A stretch of 64,000 nucleotides of DNA from the IMG/VR virus record IMGVR_UViG_3300017992_000017, positions 33,418 to 97,417 of that record. One strand, given 5' to 3'. This stretch comes from a virus. Its lineage: Duplodnaviria > Heunggongvirae > Uroviricota > Caudoviricetes. Numbering within the stretch: position 1 is the first letter of the stretch; each line of letters opens with the position of its first letter. Shown here piece after piece: positions 18,127 through 27,536 of the stretch. The position numbers and the translations under genes were made by a program. The notes under the pieces are model-generated. The model did not search any database, had not been told where the DNA came from, and was given only the letters and a program-made list of their open reading frames with translations.

Positions 18127-19091
18127 CAATCATCCCGGCTCGTGGTGGGTCGGAGGGTGTGTGGAAGAAGAACCTGCAGAAGGTCGGTGGCGTGCCGTTG
18201 ATTGCGCGTGCCGTCCGTGCTGCCAAGGATGCTGTGTTGGTTGATAAGGTCGTGGTCTCGTCGGACGACAGCGAGATCCTGGACGTTGCGATAGGTGAGG
18301 GAGCGTCCATCTACTACCAGACTCCGGAGGTGAGTGGTCCGGACGATCTGCAGGAGAAAGCGATTCTTGAGTGGCTGGACGTGACAGGACGCACGGAAGG
18401 AACGCTGGCGATGCTCCAGTGTACGGCGCCGTTCATGACCGGTACGGACATAGATGGTGTGATTGTGGAGATGGACGTAAAGGAGGCTGACTGCTGTTTC
18501 GCTGCATGTCGGTTCCAGCATTTCATTTGGAGACACGACGGATCGAGGCAGGCATACGGGATCAATCACGACTCTTGGACGCGTCAGCAGAGACAGAACC
18601 GACACACGGAGTATTTAGAAGCTGGTAGCGTCTACGCTATGGATATCGCTGGGTTTTTGAAGCACAAACACCGGTTTTTCGGGAGGATCGCTATACACCA
18701 GGTGAATCCATCTCGCGTTTTTGAGATCGACACCTACGAGGAGCTGTTGTTAGCCAACCGGATCGCTGGGCTTCCCGAGCCGTTGTCTGGTCAGCGGGTG
18801 TTCGTGGACATCGACGAGACGATCTGCGAGACGCCATCGACCCGGGACTATACGAAGTCGACACCGAACTTGGACGCTATTGCCGAGATCAACCGGATGC
18901 GTGACCGGGGAGTTGTGGTCACCTATTGGACGGCGCGTGGTTCGGGGTGGCCTTCGGCGAGGGTTGAGGAGCTGACCAGGAGACAGATGAAGGAGTGGGG
19001 TGCCGAGTATGACTACCTGCTGTTCGGCAAACCTGTGTACGACCGGCTCTACGACGACAAGGCAGACTATCAGATACCGGGAGTCAACTGA
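18111..19091 (+). CDS. bifunctional CMP-sugar cytidylyltransferase / HAD-family phosphatase
   Basis: N-term VVAIIPARGGSEGVWKKN..LQCTAPF (NeuA/KdsB family); C-term FVDIDETICE ... TYWTARG (HAD DxDxT motif). Confidence 0.75.
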   Translation: MADVVAIIPARGGSEGVWKKNLQKVGGVPLIARAVRAAKDAVLVDKVVVSSDDSEILDVAIGEGASIYYQTPEVSGPDDLQEKAILEWLDVTGRTEGTLAMLQCTAPFMTGTDIDGVIVEMDVKEADCCFAACRFQHFIWRHDGSRQAYGINHDSWTRQQRQNRHTEYLEAGSVYAMDIAGFLKHKHRFFGRIAIHQVNPSRVFEIDTYEELLLANRIAGLPEPLSGQRVFVDIDETICETPSTRDYTKSTPNLDAIAEINRMRDRGVVVTYWTARGSGWPSARVEELTRRQMKEWGAEYDYLLFGKPVYDRLYDDKADYQIPGVN

Positions 19092-20147
19092 ATGACGGAC
19101 GTGAGGTTGGAAACGGGTGACTGTCGTGAAGTGATGTCGGCGTACGAGGAGAGCACGTTCACAGCGTGCGTGACCGATCCTCCCTACGAGCTGGGTTTCA
19201 TGGGTAAGGACTGGGACCAGGCCGGGGTTTCCTACGATTCCGAGACGTGGCGTGCCGTGTTACGTGTCTTGAAGCCGGGTGCGTTTCTCCTGGCGTTTGG
19301 GGGGACCAGGACGTACCACCGGATGACCTGCGCGATTGAAGATGCCGGGTTTGAGGTTCGGGACTGCATGATGTGGCTGTACGGGAATGGGTTTCCTAAG
19401 TCGCATAACATCTCGAAAGCGATCTCCAAATCAGGAGACAGAACAGCGTCTGACATGTGGGACGGCTACGGGACTGCTCTGAAACCCGCCTGGGAGCCGG
19501 TTGTTGTGGCCATGAAATCCTTGTCTGGGACGTTTGCGAAGAACGCTTTAGAGCAGAGGGTGGCTGGATTGAATGTTGATGGCGGGCGAGTGGAGTATGA
19601 GACCGGCGGCAGTCTCGCCAGCAATCCCTCCTTACGTCGCTCGGTCAAGGGTGGCAACGGCGGCCATATCATCGCCACAGAATCCGAAAGCCGCGAGATG
19701 GTTTCTCACGCCAAAGGCCGCTGGCCTGCGAACCTCCTGCTCGATGAAGAGTCGGGGGCGATGCTGGACAAGCAGAGCGGCGAGCGTCCGGGGTGTAGGT
19801 CGCGCAGCAACGCCAAGCCGGAGAGCAAGTTCCGACCCGGTCAAGGCGAGTACATGCCCCAAGGGCCAATCTACCCGGACACGGGCGGCGCGTCTCGGTT
19901 CTTCTACTGCGCCAAATCCAGCAAGAAAGAACGTGGCGAAGGAAACGACCACCCAACCGTCAAACCACTGAGACTGATGAAACATCTACTGACCCTCGTG
20001 ACTTACCCAGAGCAGAACCTGGTTCTCGACCCGTTCTGCGGATCTGGGACGACCCTACTAGCGTGCCGGGAGATGGGGTTGTCGTGCGTGGGTATCGACT
20101 CGGACCCACATGCTGTTGAAATCGCGGAAGCACGGGGAGTCAACTGA
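19092..20147 (+). CDS. DNA methyltransferase, beta-class (motif IV DPPY before motif I), probably N6-adenine
   Basis: CVTDPPYELGF (DPPY) near N-terminus; VLDPFCGSGTTLLAC (FxGxG AdoMet motif) near C-terminus. Confidence 0.85.
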   Translation: MTDVRLETGDCREVMSAYEESTFTACVTDPPYELGFMGKDWDQAGVSYDSETWRAVLRVLKPGAFLLAFGGTRTYHRMTCAIEDAGFEVRDCMMWLYGNGFPKSHNISKAISKSGDRTASDMWDGYGTALKPAWEPVVVAMKSLSGTFAKNALEQRVAGLNVDGGRVEYETGGSLASNPSLRRSVKGGNGGHIIATESESREMVSHAKGRWPANLLLDEESGAMLDKQSGERPGCRSRSNAKPESKFRPGQGEYMPQGPIYPDTGGASRFFYCAKSSKKERGEGNDHPTVKPLRLMKHLLTLVTYPEQNLVLDPFCGSGTTLLACREMGLSCVGIDSDPHAVEIAEARGVN

Positions 20148-20440
20148 TGAAGCAGGAAACGATCGCACGTCTGGTTCGTGAGTGTCCAGACGATGATGAC
20201 CTGGCGAAACTCCTACACGAGCAGCTGGAATTAGAGAAGTCCATCCGTAAACGTCGGTACGAGATCCGTTCGCAAGAGGAGCAGGTGCGGAAACAGCACG
20301 AGGAAGCGATGAAGACCCTCCGTGACCAGTGGCGGCTACTTTGGGAGAACTGTCCTCATCACGAGACGACGTACCATCCCGATCCGGCAGGTGGTTCGGA
20401 CAGTCATATGGCGTGCAATCTCTGTGGGAAGGAGATGTGA
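20147..20440 (+). CDS. hypothetical protein with C-terminal CxxC
   Basis: 97 aa; ATG overlapping MTase stop. Confidence 0.35.
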   Translation: MKQETIARLVRECPDDDDLAKLLHEQLELEKSIRKRRYEIRSQEEQVRKQHEEAMKTLRDQWRLLWENCPHHETTYHPDPAGGSDSHMACNLCGKEM

Positions 20441-20655
20441 TGGTGATGACCCGAGAAGAAGCACGTGAGATTTTGGATCAGGTTGTGGCTAACCAGAAGA
20501 CGCTGACTGCCTGCTCCGGTCCCCACGAGTTCGAGCCGGTGAGTAAGGATAAGAAGTTCTCTCGTAGGTATCGTTGTAAGAAGTGTGGGGGTGAAGTTGA
20601 GAGCCTGCATAAGTACTGGTACGAGCAAGGACTGAAACACGGGAGTAGGAAGTGA
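20440..20655 (+). CDS. hypothetical small protein with CxxC zinc-ribbon-like motif
   Basis: ATG overlapping upstream TGA; CSGPHEF..RCKKCGG. Confidence 0.3.
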   Translation: MVMTREEAREILDQVVANQKTLTACSGPHEFEPVSKDKKFSRRYRCKKCGGEVESLHKYWYEQGLKHGSRK

Positions 20656-21098
20656 AACACTCCGAGATGTGCAATCTGATGGGACAGGTAGTGACAGTAC
20701 GTCAGCAGCTCTGCGCCCGACGTCAGGGTATCCAGAAGAGATGGCTGTCCGAGAAAGTACCTGAGAGAGCTGGCTGGGTTGTCGGGTTCACGATACGGAT
20801 GGATGGACAAATTGAGCAGGGTGGTGACTTCTACAAGCCTCCGTACTTTCGGGAAACCAAGCGTACACCGTGTCTTCTGGTCGCATACTGGCCAACGGTA
20901 AAGCCTGTGCCGGTTCCTCTTGACGGATACGAGCTAGGTGGAACCCCAACGCCTCCGGACTTTGGCGGGTGGAGAGGAATCAATGAGGAAGCACTCCAGC
21001 GATACAAGCGAGAGCTCCGGGACGACATGATTCGCTGGCCTCGTGACAAGAAAGGCCGGTGGTTGAAACAGACTCCGGTACTTGGGAGCCAAACATGA
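20652..21098 (+). CDS. hypothetical protein
   Basis: 148-aa ORF with overlapping start. Confidence 0.4.
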   Translation: MKHSEMCNLMGQVVTVRQQLCARRQGIQKRWLSEKVPERAGWVVGFTIRMDGQIEQGGDFYKPPYFRETKRTPCLLVAYWPTVKPVPVPLDGYELGGTPTPPDFGGWRGINEEALQRYKRELRDDMIRWPRDKKGRWLKQTPVLGSQT

Positions 21099-21442
21099 TT
21101 GAGGTCGCGGTCGATTACACCGTTACGATCCTTGTCTTGGCGATTCTGGTTGTTGGCGCCGGGACGTGCGTGGCGGGTGGTCTCTGGCTGCTGGTGAAGT
21201 TCTTTGACTGGATCCTGGTCGGTGGCAATCCCCGTCTTCCTGGTCGAGGTGCTGTAGCTGTTTGTAGCCAGGGGATCGTTGGGATGATCGAGAACGACAA
21301 ACCTCAACGCGTCCATTACCCGGACGGAAACACGGGAAAAGCGTGGGTCGGACGTGCGATCTGGCCACCTGGTGTGTTTGGTGAGAAGTGGTCGAGTCGG
21401 AATCCGCGTGTGCTGTGTAGGATACCAAAGGAGATGCTGTAA
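21095..21442 (+). CDS. membrane protein
   Basis: N-terminal TM stretch VAVDYTVTILVLAILVVGAGTCVAGGLWLLV. Confidence 0.4.
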   Translation: MIEVAVDYTVTILVLAILVVGAGTCVAGGLWLLVKFFDWILVGGNPRLPGRGAVAVCSQGIVGMIENDKPQRVHYPDGNTGKAWVGRAIWPPGVFGEKWSSRNPRVLCRIPKEML

Positions 21443-22363
21443 ATGAAAGCCAAGAACGTCAAGTCAGTTATCCGTAGCAAGATCAACCATTTCCTGAAGC
21501 ATGTTCGGGACGAGGATGTCCGGAAGGTTCTGGAGAAGAACATCGTTGTTACTGGTGGAGCGATCGCGTCGCTGCTTCTCGGCGAAGAGGTGAACGATTT
21601 CGACATATATCTCCGGTCCAAGGAAGCTGCGTTGACGGTGGCTCAGCACTATGCAGCCGAGTTCGCCAATAATTCGCCACCCAGGCACCGCAATTCAAGC
21701 CAGAAATGCAACGTCGTCGTGGAGGAGCTGCCGGATCGCATACGCATCAAGGTCCAGTCAGCGGGCATTGCATCAGAGCAAGGCGACGAAGACTACGAGT
21801 ACTTCGAGACAACCAACCCCGAAGACGCCGACGCGCACGAGTATGTCAGCAAGGTACTGTCTATCGCACAAGATGCTGAGCCGGATAACGAGAAACCGAA
21901 ATACAGGCCGGTCTTCCGCACGGCCAACGCAATCACACTGAGCGACAAGGTCCAGATCGTGACCCGGTTCTTTGGCGAACCGGACGAGATCCACGAGAAC
22001 TACGACTTTGTACACGTCACCAACTACTGGACCAGCTGGGATAACAAATTGGTGCTTCGGCCGGATGCGATAGAGGCTCTCCTTGCTCGCGAGCTCCGGT
22101 ACGTCGGCAGTAAGTACCCCCTCTGTTCCGTGATCCGCACACGTAAGTTCATCCAGCGGGGGTGGGCCGTTACAGCTGGTCAGTACCTCAAGATGATTAT
22201 GCAGCTCCAGGAATTAGACCTGCATGACATACGTGTGCTGGAGGAGCAACTGACCGGTGTGGATGCAGCGTATTTTGATGAAGTCCTGGCTGCTCTGAAG
22301 AAGAAAGACGCGAAAAGGGTTGACGCGGCGTACTTGGTTGAGCTGATCGACAGGATCTTTTGA
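21443..22363 (+). CDS. putative Pol-beta-superfamily nucleotidyltransferase
   Basis: VVTGGAIASLLLGEEVNDFDIYL fits hG[GS]x9-13Dh[DE]h NTase signature. Confidence 0.4.
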   Translation: MKAKNVKSVIRSKINHFLKHVRDEDVRKVLEKNIVVTGGAIASLLLGEEVNDFDIYLRSKEAALTVAQHYAAEFANNSPPRHRNSSQKCNVVVEELPDRIRIKVQSAGIASEQGDEDYEYFETTNPEDADAHEYVSKVLSIAQDAEPDNEKPKYRPVFRTANAITLSDKVQIVTRFFGEPDEIHENYDFVHVTNYWTSWDNKLVLRPDAIEALLARELRYVGSKYPLCSVIRTRKFIQRGWAVTAGQYLKMIMQLQELDLHDIRVLEEQLTGVDAAYFDEVLAALKKKDAKRVDAAYLVELIDRIF

Positions 22364-22884
22364 TGCACGACACACTCTACAACCTCGAACTGGTGAGAGA
22401 AAAGCTAGACCTATGTGATCCTGACGTTTTTACCGAGGTGGTGCACAAGGAGACAAAGGCGCTGACCACGTATGCTCGTGATCTTGTCGGGGACGATCTT
22501 GCGCAGGACGTGGTACAAGAGGTTTGGTTGCATGCGTGGATGAAGCGACACGAGTACGATGGTAATCCCAAACTAATTCGTTGGTGGTTGTGTAGGTTTG
22601 CTTACTACTACGGACTGAAGATCCAGAGGGAGGAGGCACGACAGAGACACTACCATCTTTTCCCAGCCGAACCGGATCCGAAAGAACCTGTGGAAGATGT
22701 CGTGCTTTGTAGTCTCGTTGCGGAGTTTGTCCAGGGTCTTCCACCGAAACAGGAGCAAGCTGTACGTTTATGGTCCTTGGGATACACGTACAAAGAAATC
22801 GCTGGCCAGATGAACATCTCAGTCTCAGCTGCCACGTCGAATGTCAGTCTTGCACGTAAGAAGCTACACGAATTACTCAACTAA
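22360..22884 (+). CDS. sigma-70 family (ECF-like) RNA polymerase sigma factor
   Basis: region-2-like AQDVVQEVWLHAW and region-4 HTH PPKQEQAVRLWSLGYTYKEIAGQMNISVSAATSNVSLARKKL. Confidence 0.7.
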   Translation: MMHDTLYNLELVREKLDLCDPDVFTEVVHKETKALTTYARDLVGDDLAQDVVQEVWLHAWMKRHEYDGNPKLIRWWLCRFAYYYGLKIQREEARQRHYHLFPAEPDPKEPVEDVVLCSLVAEFVQGLPPKQEQAVRLWSLGYTYKEIAGQMNISVSAATSNVSLARKKLHELLN

Positions 22885-22896
22885 GCAGGAGCCTAC

Positions 22897-23457
22897 ATGA
22901 CGTTCGGACGTGACGACCCCGTTGACCTGACATCCCATGAAGTGTTTGAAGCCGTGGTTCGGAAGTACAAGAACTGGATGTACCGGCTGGCTGGCCAGTA
23001 TGTGGAGCAACCTGCCGACCAGGATGACGTTGTGCAGTATGCGTGGTTGATCGTGTGGCAGGGACGGCACAAGTATACCGGTCCTGTGGGTAAGCTCCCG
23101 TTCTGGTTGAAGAAAGCAATACGCTACGCCGCACTGAATATCTACCGACAGCACCAAAGATTCCCGATGACAGGCTGTGATTTCTCGCGGGAGATCGATC
23201 CGTGTGCAGCAGAACCGGCAGTAGGTAGGGAGAAGGCCGAGCAAACGGAGGATCAGCACCAGCAAATCGACCGTGCTATGGCAACATTTCGGTTTCTCCC
23301 CAAACAACAACGGAGTGTCGTCAGGTTACGGATGGAAGGTCTACGGAATGAGGATATCGCCAAGAAGATGCGCCTCTCCAAGTCGTGCGTAGGCTCCCAT
23401 CTTCATCGTGCCAGGAAGAAGATCCGGCGTGAGATCGAGGAATCTCCAACTCTCTAA
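22897..23457 (+). CDS. second sigma-70 family (ECF-like) sigma factor
   Basis: QDDVVQYAWLIVWQ (region 2) and LPKQQRSVVRLRMEGLRNEDIAKKMRLSKSCVGSHLHRARKKI (region 4). Confidence 0.7.
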   Translation: MTFGRDDPVDLTSHEVFEAVVRKYKNWMYRLAGQYVEQPADQDDVVQYAWLIVWQGRHKYTGPVGKLPFWLKKAIRYAALNIYRQHQRFPMTGCDFSREIDPCAAEPAVGREKAEQTEDQHQQIDRAMATFRFLPKQQRSVVRLRMEGLRNEDIAKKMRLSKSCVGSHLHRARKKIRREIEESPTL

Positions 23458-23485
23458 AACTCTAAGACTACAGAATCGTGTGAAT

Positions 23486-24463
23486 ATGGCTGACAAGAAC
23501 ACTTCCTACACAAGCGCTGACGTCCTACCGATCAAGGTAGTCCTCGATACCCAGACCGTGGACCATATCCGTCGTTACCGCAGGATTCCACCGATCCACG
23601 CTCAGGTCATCCCGACGAATCGCTGCAACAGAAACTGTCCAATGTGCAGCTGTAGCGAACGGACCAAGAACCACGAGATGGATCTGTTCGACGTCGAGAC
23701 CATAGCCAAGGATCTCCGTCGACTGGGGTGTCGAGCCGTGACGTTGACCGGGGGTGGTGAGCCGTTAGTGCATCCGCAGATCGTCGACATCATCCGGCTC
23801 TTTCACGTCCTGGATATCGAGATCGGGATGACCACCAACGGGATGCTGTTGCACGAGCTCCCCGAGGAGGTAGTCGAGCTGCTGACCTGGTGTCGGATCT
23901 CGAACGACGACTCCAGACACATGTCCCCTCTGTACATGGCCAGTCTCGACAAGGTGTTTGTGGGAAGCTCCGTAGGCTGGGGTTTTTCGCACGTGGTCTC
24001 CAAGACCCCTAACTTCGAGGAGATTGCCAGGGTTGTACGGTACGCCAACGAGTGGAAGATCACCCACGTTCGCCTCATCGCTGACCTGTTCGAGCCAAAG
24101 GCCGTCGATCTTACGAAGGTGCGGCAGTATCTCTATGAGGAAGGGATCGACGACTCCCGGGTCATCTACCAGAACCGCCAACAACCAGTCCGGGGAGGTC
24201 CTTGCTACATCGGGTACTTGAAACCCCTGATTTCTGCCGACTGCAAGGTATATGCGTGCTGTGGGGTGCAGTACGCGTTGGATCCCCCTACCCGTGACCT
24301 ACCTCCGGAACTCTGTATCGGGGACGCGTTGGACCTGGGTGCGCTCTATGACAGCAGCGACGTACAGCTCAACGGGGAGATATGCAAGACCTGTTACTAC
24401 GACAATTACAACAACCTTCTCGGGTCGCTCCTGAAAGACACCACGCACGAGGAGTTTGTATGA
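23486..24463 (+). CDS. radical SAM enzyme with C-terminal Cys-rich (SPASM/twitch-like) extension
   Basis: CNRNCPMCSC (Cx3Cx2C), TLTGGGEPLVHP glycine-rich SAM motif; C-terminal CYIGY..CKVYACCG..C..C..CKTC. Confidence 0.75.
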   Translation: MADKNTSYTSADVLPIKVVLDTQTVDHIRRYRRIPPIHAQVIPTNRCNRNCPMCSCSERTKNHEMDLFDVETIAKDLRRLGCRAVTLTGGGEPLVHPQIVDIIRLFHVLDIEIGMTTNGMLLHELPEEVVELLTWCRISNDDSRHMSPLYMASLDKVFVGSSVGWGFSHVVSKTPNFEEIARVVRYANEWKITHVRLIADLFEPKAVDLTKVRQYLYEEGIDDSRVIYQNRQQPVRGGPCYIGYLKPLISADCKVYACCGVQYALDPPTRDLPPELCIGDALDLGALYDSSDVQLNGEICKTCYYDNYNNLLGSLLKDTTHEEFV

Positions 24464-25143
24464 CCTTCGCTATCATCTCCGGTGCTCGATCTGGCACGCA
24501 CATGCTCCGACTGGCGTTGTCGCAGCATCCGGACATCCACGTCTCTCACGAGTTGTTGAATCCTGATCGTTTAGGACACCGGTTTGGCGAGGAGACAGCG
24601 GAGACGATCATCCGGGAGTGGCAGCAAGAGCACTACCGGGAGGTCAAACAGCTAGGGTCTTTGTTGCATCGGGATCTTTACAACCGATCGGAGGAGATAC
24701 CTGGCGACCCCTGGAGAGATGTTCGTCGGAGTCACGCCAAGTTTATCAGCCTCTACCGGTACAACCTCCTCCGCAAGGTTCTCTCCGGGAGGACTGCGTT
24801 TGTCCACAAGAACTGGCAGTGCACGTCTCCCAGGACCAAGGAGTTGCCACCTATCACTCTGGATCCGGACCATCTTGAATCACATTGTCGCAAGGAGTGG
24901 AGGTCTTTCGGTCTGGTGGACGCGAGACTGCCACGTCACTTCGTCATCTCTTATGAAGATCTGGTGAGTGACTGGACGTATCACACGATGGCCATGCAGG
25001 AGTATTTGGGGGTGACGCCGGTTCAGCTCCACCCCCGAACTCACAAACAAGAAACACGCAGCCTCCGGGAAGCCATTGCGAACTACGACGAGATAGCTGA
25101 CCGGGTTTGTGAAATGGGTTGCGAAGACTGGTTAGAGGAGTAG
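24460..25143 (+). CDS. putative Stf0-like sulfotransferase
   Basis: N-terminal FAIISGARSGTHML (cf. Stf0 LASQRSGSTLL PAPS-binding loop); C-terminal ISYEDLV. Confidence 0.45.
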   Translation: MTFAIISGARSGTHMLRLALSQHPDIHVSHELLNPDRLGHRFGEETAETIIREWQQEHYREVKQLGSLLHRDLYNRSEEIPGDPWRDVRRSHAKFISLYRYNLLRKVLSGRTAFVHKNWQCTSPRTKELPPITLDPDHLESHCRKEWRSFGLVDARLPRHFVISYEDLVSDWTYHTMAMQEYLGVTPVQLHPRTHKQETRSLREAIANYDEIADRVCEMGCEDWLEE

Positions 25144-25145
25144 TC

Positions 25146-25892
25146 ATGCCAACTGTTAGCGTAATCTTGACGTCCCACAACCACGGACCGTTTCTGCGTC
25201 AAGCCATCGAGAGCGTGCTGGCTCAGACGTACACGGACTTCGAGCTATTGATTCTGGATGATGCGTCTACGGATGGGTCAGCAGACATTGCACGGGAGTA
25301 TGTCGGATCCAACGCCTTTCTCCAGGACTACCAAGAAAAGGCATCCAGTCTCGGGGTTGTCCTGAACCGTAGCATTCGTCTGGCTCGTGGAGACTACTGG
25401 GTCTGGGCACCTTCAGATGACGTGCTCAAACCGGATCTCCTAGAGAAGAAGATGGCCACGGCACAGGAGCATCCCGGCGCCGTCCTCTACTCAGACTGGG
25501 AGTACATCAATGAGCGGGGGGACGTGACCGGGACCAAACGTCTACCGGAATGGACCGCCGAGGATATCGCAAGGATGGTGTGGGAGAAGTCCATGCTCGG
25601 GTTCACCGGCATCTGGATACCCATGTCCGTCTTCGATGAGGTGGGGAACTGGCCGACGCACATGCTCTTCTCCGAGGACTTCTCCTGGTTCGTTCGAGCT
25701 ACGATCCACGGAATACCTTTCATCAACTGTCCTGAGGTCCTCTTCCAGAAACGGCTCAACCCTCTGCAGACAGCCAGTAAGGTCGGGACGAAACGCATCC
25801 TTGAGCTGGTACCCGCAATCCATAGTGAGCTCCGTTGGTACCAACATCTCTACCAACAACACCATCCTGACTACGAGGTGCCGAGTCAATGA
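25146..25892 (+). CDS. family-2 glycosyltransferase
   Basis: VSVILTSHNHGPFLRQAIESVLAQTYTDFELLILDDASTDGS (GT2 N-terminal signature with DDxS). Confidence 0.8.
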   Translation: MPTVSVILTSHNHGPFLRQAIESVLAQTYTDFELLILDDASTDGSADIAREYVGSNAFLQDYQEKASSLGVVLNRSIRLARGDYWVWAPSDDVLKPDLLEKKMATAQEHPGAVLYSDWEYINERGDVTGTKRLPEWTAEDIARMVWEKSMLGFTGIWIPMSVFDEVGNWPTHMLFSEDFSWFVRATIHGIPFINCPEVLFQKRLNPLQTASKVGTKRILELVPAIHSELRWYQHLYQQHHPDYEVPSQ

Positions 25893-26728
25893 GGGTTGTC
25901 TTCTTCTGGGGAACGTCTCCGTTGTCGTGGATGAGGTACGCCACGATCGCCAGCTTCCGGAAACTCAATCTGGACTGGGAGATCGAGCTGTATCTCTACC
26001 ACCACCAGCACGTCAAGAAGTACTGGACCGACTCCCCGGTGCAGGATTTTTCCGAGTACCGAGGAGCCGACTACTTTCCTTTGCTCACGGACCTTGGTGT
26101 TCGGGTCATTCCGTGGGAGTTGCCGGAGGAGCTGCAGGACAAGAAGCACGTCATCGGTCCTTCCCACGCCAGTAACTTCTTCAAGTGGAGCTGGCTGTCC
26201 GAGAACGTGGGTGTCTACTGCGACCTGGACATCCTCTGGACGTCCCCGCTTACGGACTGGCTTGACTGGGTGGCCACGTACGATGCTGCTCTTGCTTACA
26301 CGCCGGAGTACTTCTCGATCGGCCTTCTCTGGTCGGGACAGCAGCCGAACCCCGTCTACAAGGATATCCTGGCCGAGAGTTACCGCACCTTCACGCACAC
26401 CAAGTACCAGAGTGCCGGGGTCGTGGCACTCTATCGGTTACTGCAGAAGTTCGACCCAGCGTACCGTGAGCACCCGTGGGATAAGGATCTGCTCGCGAGG
26501 TACGACAACGCATACCTCTTCGACATGGACTGGGTCTATCCTTGGCGATTCAACCAGATGGAGGAGGTTTTCAACAAGAAGCACGAGGTCATCCCACCGA
26601 TGTGCAAGGGGATCCACTGGTACGCCGGGTCTCCAATCGCACAGAAGTACAACAACCTGATCACCGAGGACACGTTGGATCAGTACGACAATACGTTCAC
26701 CCATTTCGCGAGACGGGTCCTTGGTTGA
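25889..26728 (+). CDS. GT32-like (DXD, Gly_transf_sug-type) glycosyltransferase, paralog A
   Basis: FFWGTSPLSWMRY...FFKWSWLSENVGVYCDLDILW (DxD); paralogous to next ORF. Confidence 0.6.
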   Translation: MRVVFFWGTSPLSWMRYATIASFRKLNLDWEIELYLYHHQHVKKYWTDSPVQDFSEYRGADYFPLLTDLGVRVIPWELPEELQDKKHVIGPSHASNFFKWSWLSENVGVYCDLDILWTSPLTDWLDWVATYDAALAYTPEYFSIGLLWSGQQPNPVYKDILAESYRTFTHTKYQSAGVVALYRLLQKFDPAYREHPWDKDLLARYDNAYLFDMDWVYPWRFNQMEEVFNKKHEVIPPMCKGIHWYAGSPIAQKYNNLITEDTLDQYDNTFTHFARRVLG

Positions 26729-27536
26729 TCCTAAGAAACATATCGTCTTCTTCTGGTCCGGTCGTTCGCTGTCTTGGCTGCGATACCTGACGATCTACTC
26801 GTTTCGTGTCCTGAACCCGGAGTGGAAGATCTCCCTGTACCTGTGTCATACGAGTCTGGTGACGACTTGGCTCGATCATAACCGTCTCGACTTCAGTGAG
26901 TATGAAGGTGAGGACTATCTTCCCAGGCTCCAGTTTCTAGGGGTCGATGTCCAGCAGTGGGAGTTGCCTCCGGAGATCTGTAGTGCCACACCTCCCCACG
27001 CGTGCGATCTATTCGAGTGGCAGTGGCTGTCGGAGAACGTCGGGTACTACGCCGACATGGACATCCTGTGGGTCCGACCGATGAAGGTCCCGGACTCTGA
27101 TGCAGCGATTGTGTACGGCAAGCAATTCAGTATCGGCTTGGTGTGGTCGGGTGTGGCTCCGAATCCTATGTTCCGGGACATCTACCAGGAGAGCCTCCGT
27201 ACGTACACACCCGCCGTCTACCAGAGTGCCGGGGTCGTTCCCATCTACCAGCTCTTAGGACATTCCGGTCCCGAGGTTGACCTGTCCATACCCTGGTTCG
27301 AGCGATTACGAGAGAAGTATCCCACGGTCTCCAAGCTGCCGTTCCCCATGATTCATCCGTGGGATCATGAGCAGCTGGAAGCCATGTACGACGAGCTACA
27401 TACCGAGGTACCAACAGACTGTGTCGGAATTCATTGGTACGGTGCTGCTCCAAGGTCCCAGACGTTCAACCAGGAATACGGACCGAGGACGCAGCAGGAT
27501 AATACGCTAAGTCATTTTGCGAGACGGGTGGCATGA
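26721..27536 (+). CDS. GT32-like glycosyltransferase, paralog B (tandem duplicate)
   Basis: FFWSGRSLSWLRY...LFEWQWLSENVGYYADMDILW; colinear with paralog A, both end ..FTHFARRV. Confidence 0.6.
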   Translation: MVDPKKHIVFFWSGRSLSWLRYLTIYSFRVLNPEWKISLYLCHTSLVTTWLDHNRLDFSEYEGEDYLPRLQFLGVDVQQWELPPEICSATPPHACDLFEWQWLSENVGYYADMDILWVRPMKVPDSDAAIVYGKQFSIGLVWSGVAPNPMFRDIYQESLRTYTPAVYQSAGVVPIYQLLGHSGPEVDLSIPWFERLREKYPTVSKLPFPMIHPWDHEQLEAMYDELHTEVPTDCVGIHWYGAAPRSQTFNQEYGPRTQQDNTLSHFARRVA

